A program made the translations under genes and the position numbers. From the NCBI GenBank assembly GCA_963752595.1, contig CAVVYZ010000022.1, positions 96,001-160,000 of the forward strand: DNA of 64,000 nt, written 5' to 3'. The stretch is from an uncultured delta proteobacterium (GTDB lineage Bacteria; Desulfobacterota; Desulfomonilia; UBA1062). Shown here piece by piece: positions 61,260 to 64,000 of the stretch. Each line of letters begins with the position of its first letter. Position 1 is the stretch's first letter. The notes under the pieces were generated by a model. It was not told the DNA's origin, made no database searches, and saw only the letters and a list, made by a program, of their open reading frames with translations.

Positions 61260-63935
61260 TTACTTTTTTATCATCTTGTTCAGAAAGTTATTTAAGGGAT
61301 CCTGTGACCCCTCACTGCCCTCGGGGACAGGGATGTTGAATTTCTTTCTGAGCTTCTCAACACCCTTTTCAATACCCTTATTCATATAATACTTTGCGAT
61401 AGCCTGATTTATCTCTTTTAACTGGAGCGACAGCAAAGGCCTGCTCGTAGTGCCGGTTATCTTGATGGGCAAGACCATTCTGCGCTGATCGTTTACCAGT
61501 GCATTCGTGGCAGGGGCCCTTTTCGTAAGCCTGGAAGAAAACTCGGGTGAGAAGGCAACATCCCCGGTAAAGCCGATCTTCCGGGATACCATATCAACTG
61601 ATCCCTTCATCGTTGCAATGGAGTTCGTCTCTTTGCCCGTGCTGATGTTGACGAGTTTCATTGAAGGCACTTCGAGAACCTTCCGGGCCATCTGGAAACC
61701 TGCACTGAAGGAATCAAATCTCGTTTGGCGATTCCTTTGTACCGCACCCTGCTCGCTTGTGATCATCCCGGACAATCCTTGAATGCCGGAAAAGCCGTCG
61801 ATTACCGAATTTACTATATCGATGTTGTTGATTGTACCCTTATCGATCCCGATAGTTCCTTGTGTGGAAAGAGAATCGAGGCCCTTTTTCTCGGCGTTCC
61901 CCTTTATCTGCATGTTTCCGGAGAGCGTGCCCGTGAATATGTCTTTAAACGAAGTCAAGGTATTCATGGCCTGGCCGGCATTGATCCCCTTGATTACCGG
62001 GTTGAAGGTCCAGTCTTTGCTTACGGTCATGTATGTTGCGCTCCCGGCAACAGAACCGTTAAAGACATTCATGCGGAAATCCGGGATGTTGAGGCGCTTC
62101 CCTGCATAACGGAAAGCTGTCGTTGTTTTGCCTAAGGCAATTTTATCGAAATTTCCGCCCTGGATTCCGAATGTGCCCAGACCTGCAAACACTTTGTTCT
62201 CGCTCTTTCCCTGGAAATCGAGATTCAGCCCCCGGAATAGTATTGCCTTGCTTTTTGCGGATGGGTCTTTGGCCGTATTCGCAGGGACAGTGAAACCCAC
62301 CTGCTGGGATAAAGCCTGGAATTTGACCGAAGGACTCAATTTGGTGCCGGTGATCCCTGCCTTCATAGCGACAGACCCGCCGAGCTTGTAGGTCCGCATA
62401 AAAGGAATGAGTGCATCCCAGCCCTGCAGCGGAAAAGGCTTTGTATCGAACTGAATGTTCATGCTGCGTGACGGGTCCTTAATGTTCATCACACCGTTCC
62501 CTGTGAGCGTGAGATTGTACAGGATAAGGTTGAGAGTCCTGATATTCAGCAGTCCTTCTTTGATACCGGCGGTCGACCCAAACGTGCAGGTCAGCCCTGC
62601 AGGCTTGTGGAAGGTTTTTCCATAGGTTATTTCGGTCGAGCTCATCTCGACGCCGGCTTCAATTGCGATGTCCTGAGTCGTGCCTGCTGTAGATAACCGG
62701 AGTGTGGCCGGACCCTTGAAACTGAGGGCGGCAGGGAGGCTTACTCCAAACGCAGAAGCAACGTCCACAAGAGTGGCAGGTGTGAGGGATACGCTTCGCA
62801 CGTTAAAATTCCATGCCGGACCGCTCGCGACGTGCTGGGCCTTTCCTGCGATGGCAAACTGATTCCCGTTTAACGTGAGGTTCGCAGAATCAACGGTAAC
62901 ATCCTGCGGCAGGGCGTCATACAATATTTTCCCTGAGAGCTCACCTGCGATGGCGGCCGGGTTCTTCGCTGCAGGAGCACCTGCCTTTTTCTGCATGATC
63001 AGATCACTCAACGTGATTCCGGGGTCTATCGCTATCTTCTGTTTCAGCTCTCCTTTGGCGGTGATATTACCGCTCATGGTACCGGAAGCTGCTTTGAGAG
63101 AAAGCCCGAGGCCTTCGGTAAGCTTTTTCAGAGGAATCGAGTCCATTTTGATCGTGACATCCAAAGGCATCTTCTCGATCTGCAGATCCAGGCCGATCGG
63201 GCCCACCTGCCCTGTAACCAGGAAATTCCGATTCTCTTCGTTCAGGAAGCTCCCCTCGGCAGCAATCTTGATAGCATCAGTCAGGGAGATGTCTTCGATA
63301 TCGATATCGAGCTTGCTGATGGTGATGTTTTTATTTGCCGGCGGCAGGCCTTTCCCCTGATTCGGGTCTTTCCTGTCTTCGTAAATAAGGGTGCCATCGG
63401 TGACGGCAAGCTCGTTTATGCCGAATGATGCGAGGATAGCCGGAACTTTGGAGGGTTTCTCTTTCTTTTCTTCAGGACCCGCCATGTCGCTGAAATTGAA
63501 CACACCCTGGGGATTCTTGATAATATGTATTGCCGGAGACTTGAATACGAGCTTGGCTATCCTCACTTCTCCCTTGAGAAGGGGAAGGAGGCGGAGCCGT
63601 ACCTTTACGCTGTTGAGAGACACGAAATCGCCCGAGGCGAATGCAGGGTTTTCAGGAACTTTCAGCCCCTTTATCTCTGCACCGATCCCGGTCAGGACTG
63701 TGAGGTTTATGCTCTCGAAATCAACGTCCCGGTGAACGGCCGGCCGGATACGTGAGAGGATAGTCCCTTTGTATTTGTTCAAATCGATAACGAATGGGGC
63801 AATAAGGGCCAGAACAATAAATAGGATGATGCCTGCTGCTATCCCTATGAAGACCTTCTTCCTGCCGGAATGTCCATCCGCGGTTCCAGTTTCATGCTGA
63901 ACGCGTGCTTTAAAAAAATCTCGGATCTTCTTCAT
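61260..63935 (-). CDS. AsmA family protein
   Basis: TM anchor followed by PFVIDLNKYK, LRLLPLLKG.V.I and FNFSD; C-terminal LPIKITGT..P. Confidence 0.88.
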   Translation of the reverse strand: MKKIRDFFKARVQHETGTADGHSGRKKVFIGIAAGIILFIVLALIAPFVIDLNKYKGTILSRIRPAVHRDVDFESINLTVLTGIGAEIKGLKVPENPAFASGDFVSLNSVKVRLRLLPLLKGEVRIAKLVFKSPAIHIIKNPQGVFNFSDMAGPEEKKEKPSKVPAILASFGINELAVTDGTLIYEDRKDPNQGKGLPPANKNITISKLDIDIEDISLTDAIKIAAEGSFLNEENRNFLVTGQVGPIGLDLQIEKMPLDVTIKMDSIPLKKLTEGLGLSLKAASGTMSGNITAKGELKQKIAIDPGITLSDLIMQKKAGAPAAKNPAAIAGELSGKILYDALPQDVTVDSANLTLNGNQFAIAGKAQHVASGPAWNFNVRSVSLTPATLVDVASAFGVSLPAALSFKGPATLRLSTAGTTQDIAIEAGVEMSSTEITYGKTFHKPAGLTCTFGSTAGIKEGLLNIRTLNLILYNLTLTGNGVMNIKDPSRSMNIQFDTKPFPLQGWDALIPFMRTYKLGGSVAMKAGITGTKLSPSVKFQALSQQVGFTVPANTAKDPSAKSKAILFRGLNLDFQGKSENKVFAGLGTFGIQGGNFDKIALGKTTTAFRYAGKRLNIPDFRMNVFNGSVAGSATYMTVSKDWTFNPVIKGINAGQAMNTLTSFKDIFTGTLSGNMQIKGNAEKKGLDSLSTQGTIGIDKGTINNIDIVNSVIDGFSGIQGLSGMITSEQGAVQRNRQTRFDSFSAGFQMARKVLEVPSMKLVNISTGKETNSIATMKGSVDMVSRKIGFTGDVAFSPEFSSRLTKRAPATNALVNDQRRMVLPIKITGTTSRPLLSLQLKEINQAIAKYYMNKGIEKGVEKLRKKFNIPVPEGSEGSQDPLNNFLNKMIKK

Positions 63936-64000
63936 AATAACTCCTCATTCATAATAACTCTTCAAGCCGGGGCAATGGGAAATCTCTCCTTTTATTGCTG

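Noticed and set aside
1-64000. CRISPR array, rRNA, defence system or retroelement
   Set aside because: No repeat-spacer arrays, rRNA signatures, cas, reverse transcriptase or restriction-modification genes were recognised.

Overview
This is a chromosomal window from a bacterium whose gene content suggests Desulfobacterota/Deltaproteobacteria (inference). Most of it is housekeeping: tamB/tamA, corA, a DEAD-box helicase, a polar amino-acid ABC transporter, znuABC, hflKC, purMN, a ZraS/ZraR-like two-component system, class I adenylate cyclase, lgt, carD-PIN/TRAM-ispD-ispF-cysS-uvrB, asmA, tRNA-Thr(CGT) and tRNA-Phe(GAA). It also holds one IS with perfect terminal inverted repeats and a cluster of small orphan genes beside tRNA-Thr. 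Frameshifts occur even in essential genes, which points to long-read indel errors. The main discovery candidates are: (1) two homologous non-coding elements 19 kb apart (21576-21629 on +, 40333-40386 on -) sharing an anti-SD motif AACCTCCTCTT and a GGATGGC..GCCATCC terminator with a C-rich loop, i.e. a possible sibling sRNA family; (2) one copy lies where zraP normally sits, behind a sigma54-type promoter and two phased TGTATA-N5-TATACA enhancer palindromes; (3) a ribbon-helix-helix/Cys-rich regulator heads znuABC, with repeats overlapping its own promoter; (4) a pair of paralogous small Zn-ribbon proteins. All functional calls come from motif recognition by eye; no database searches were run.
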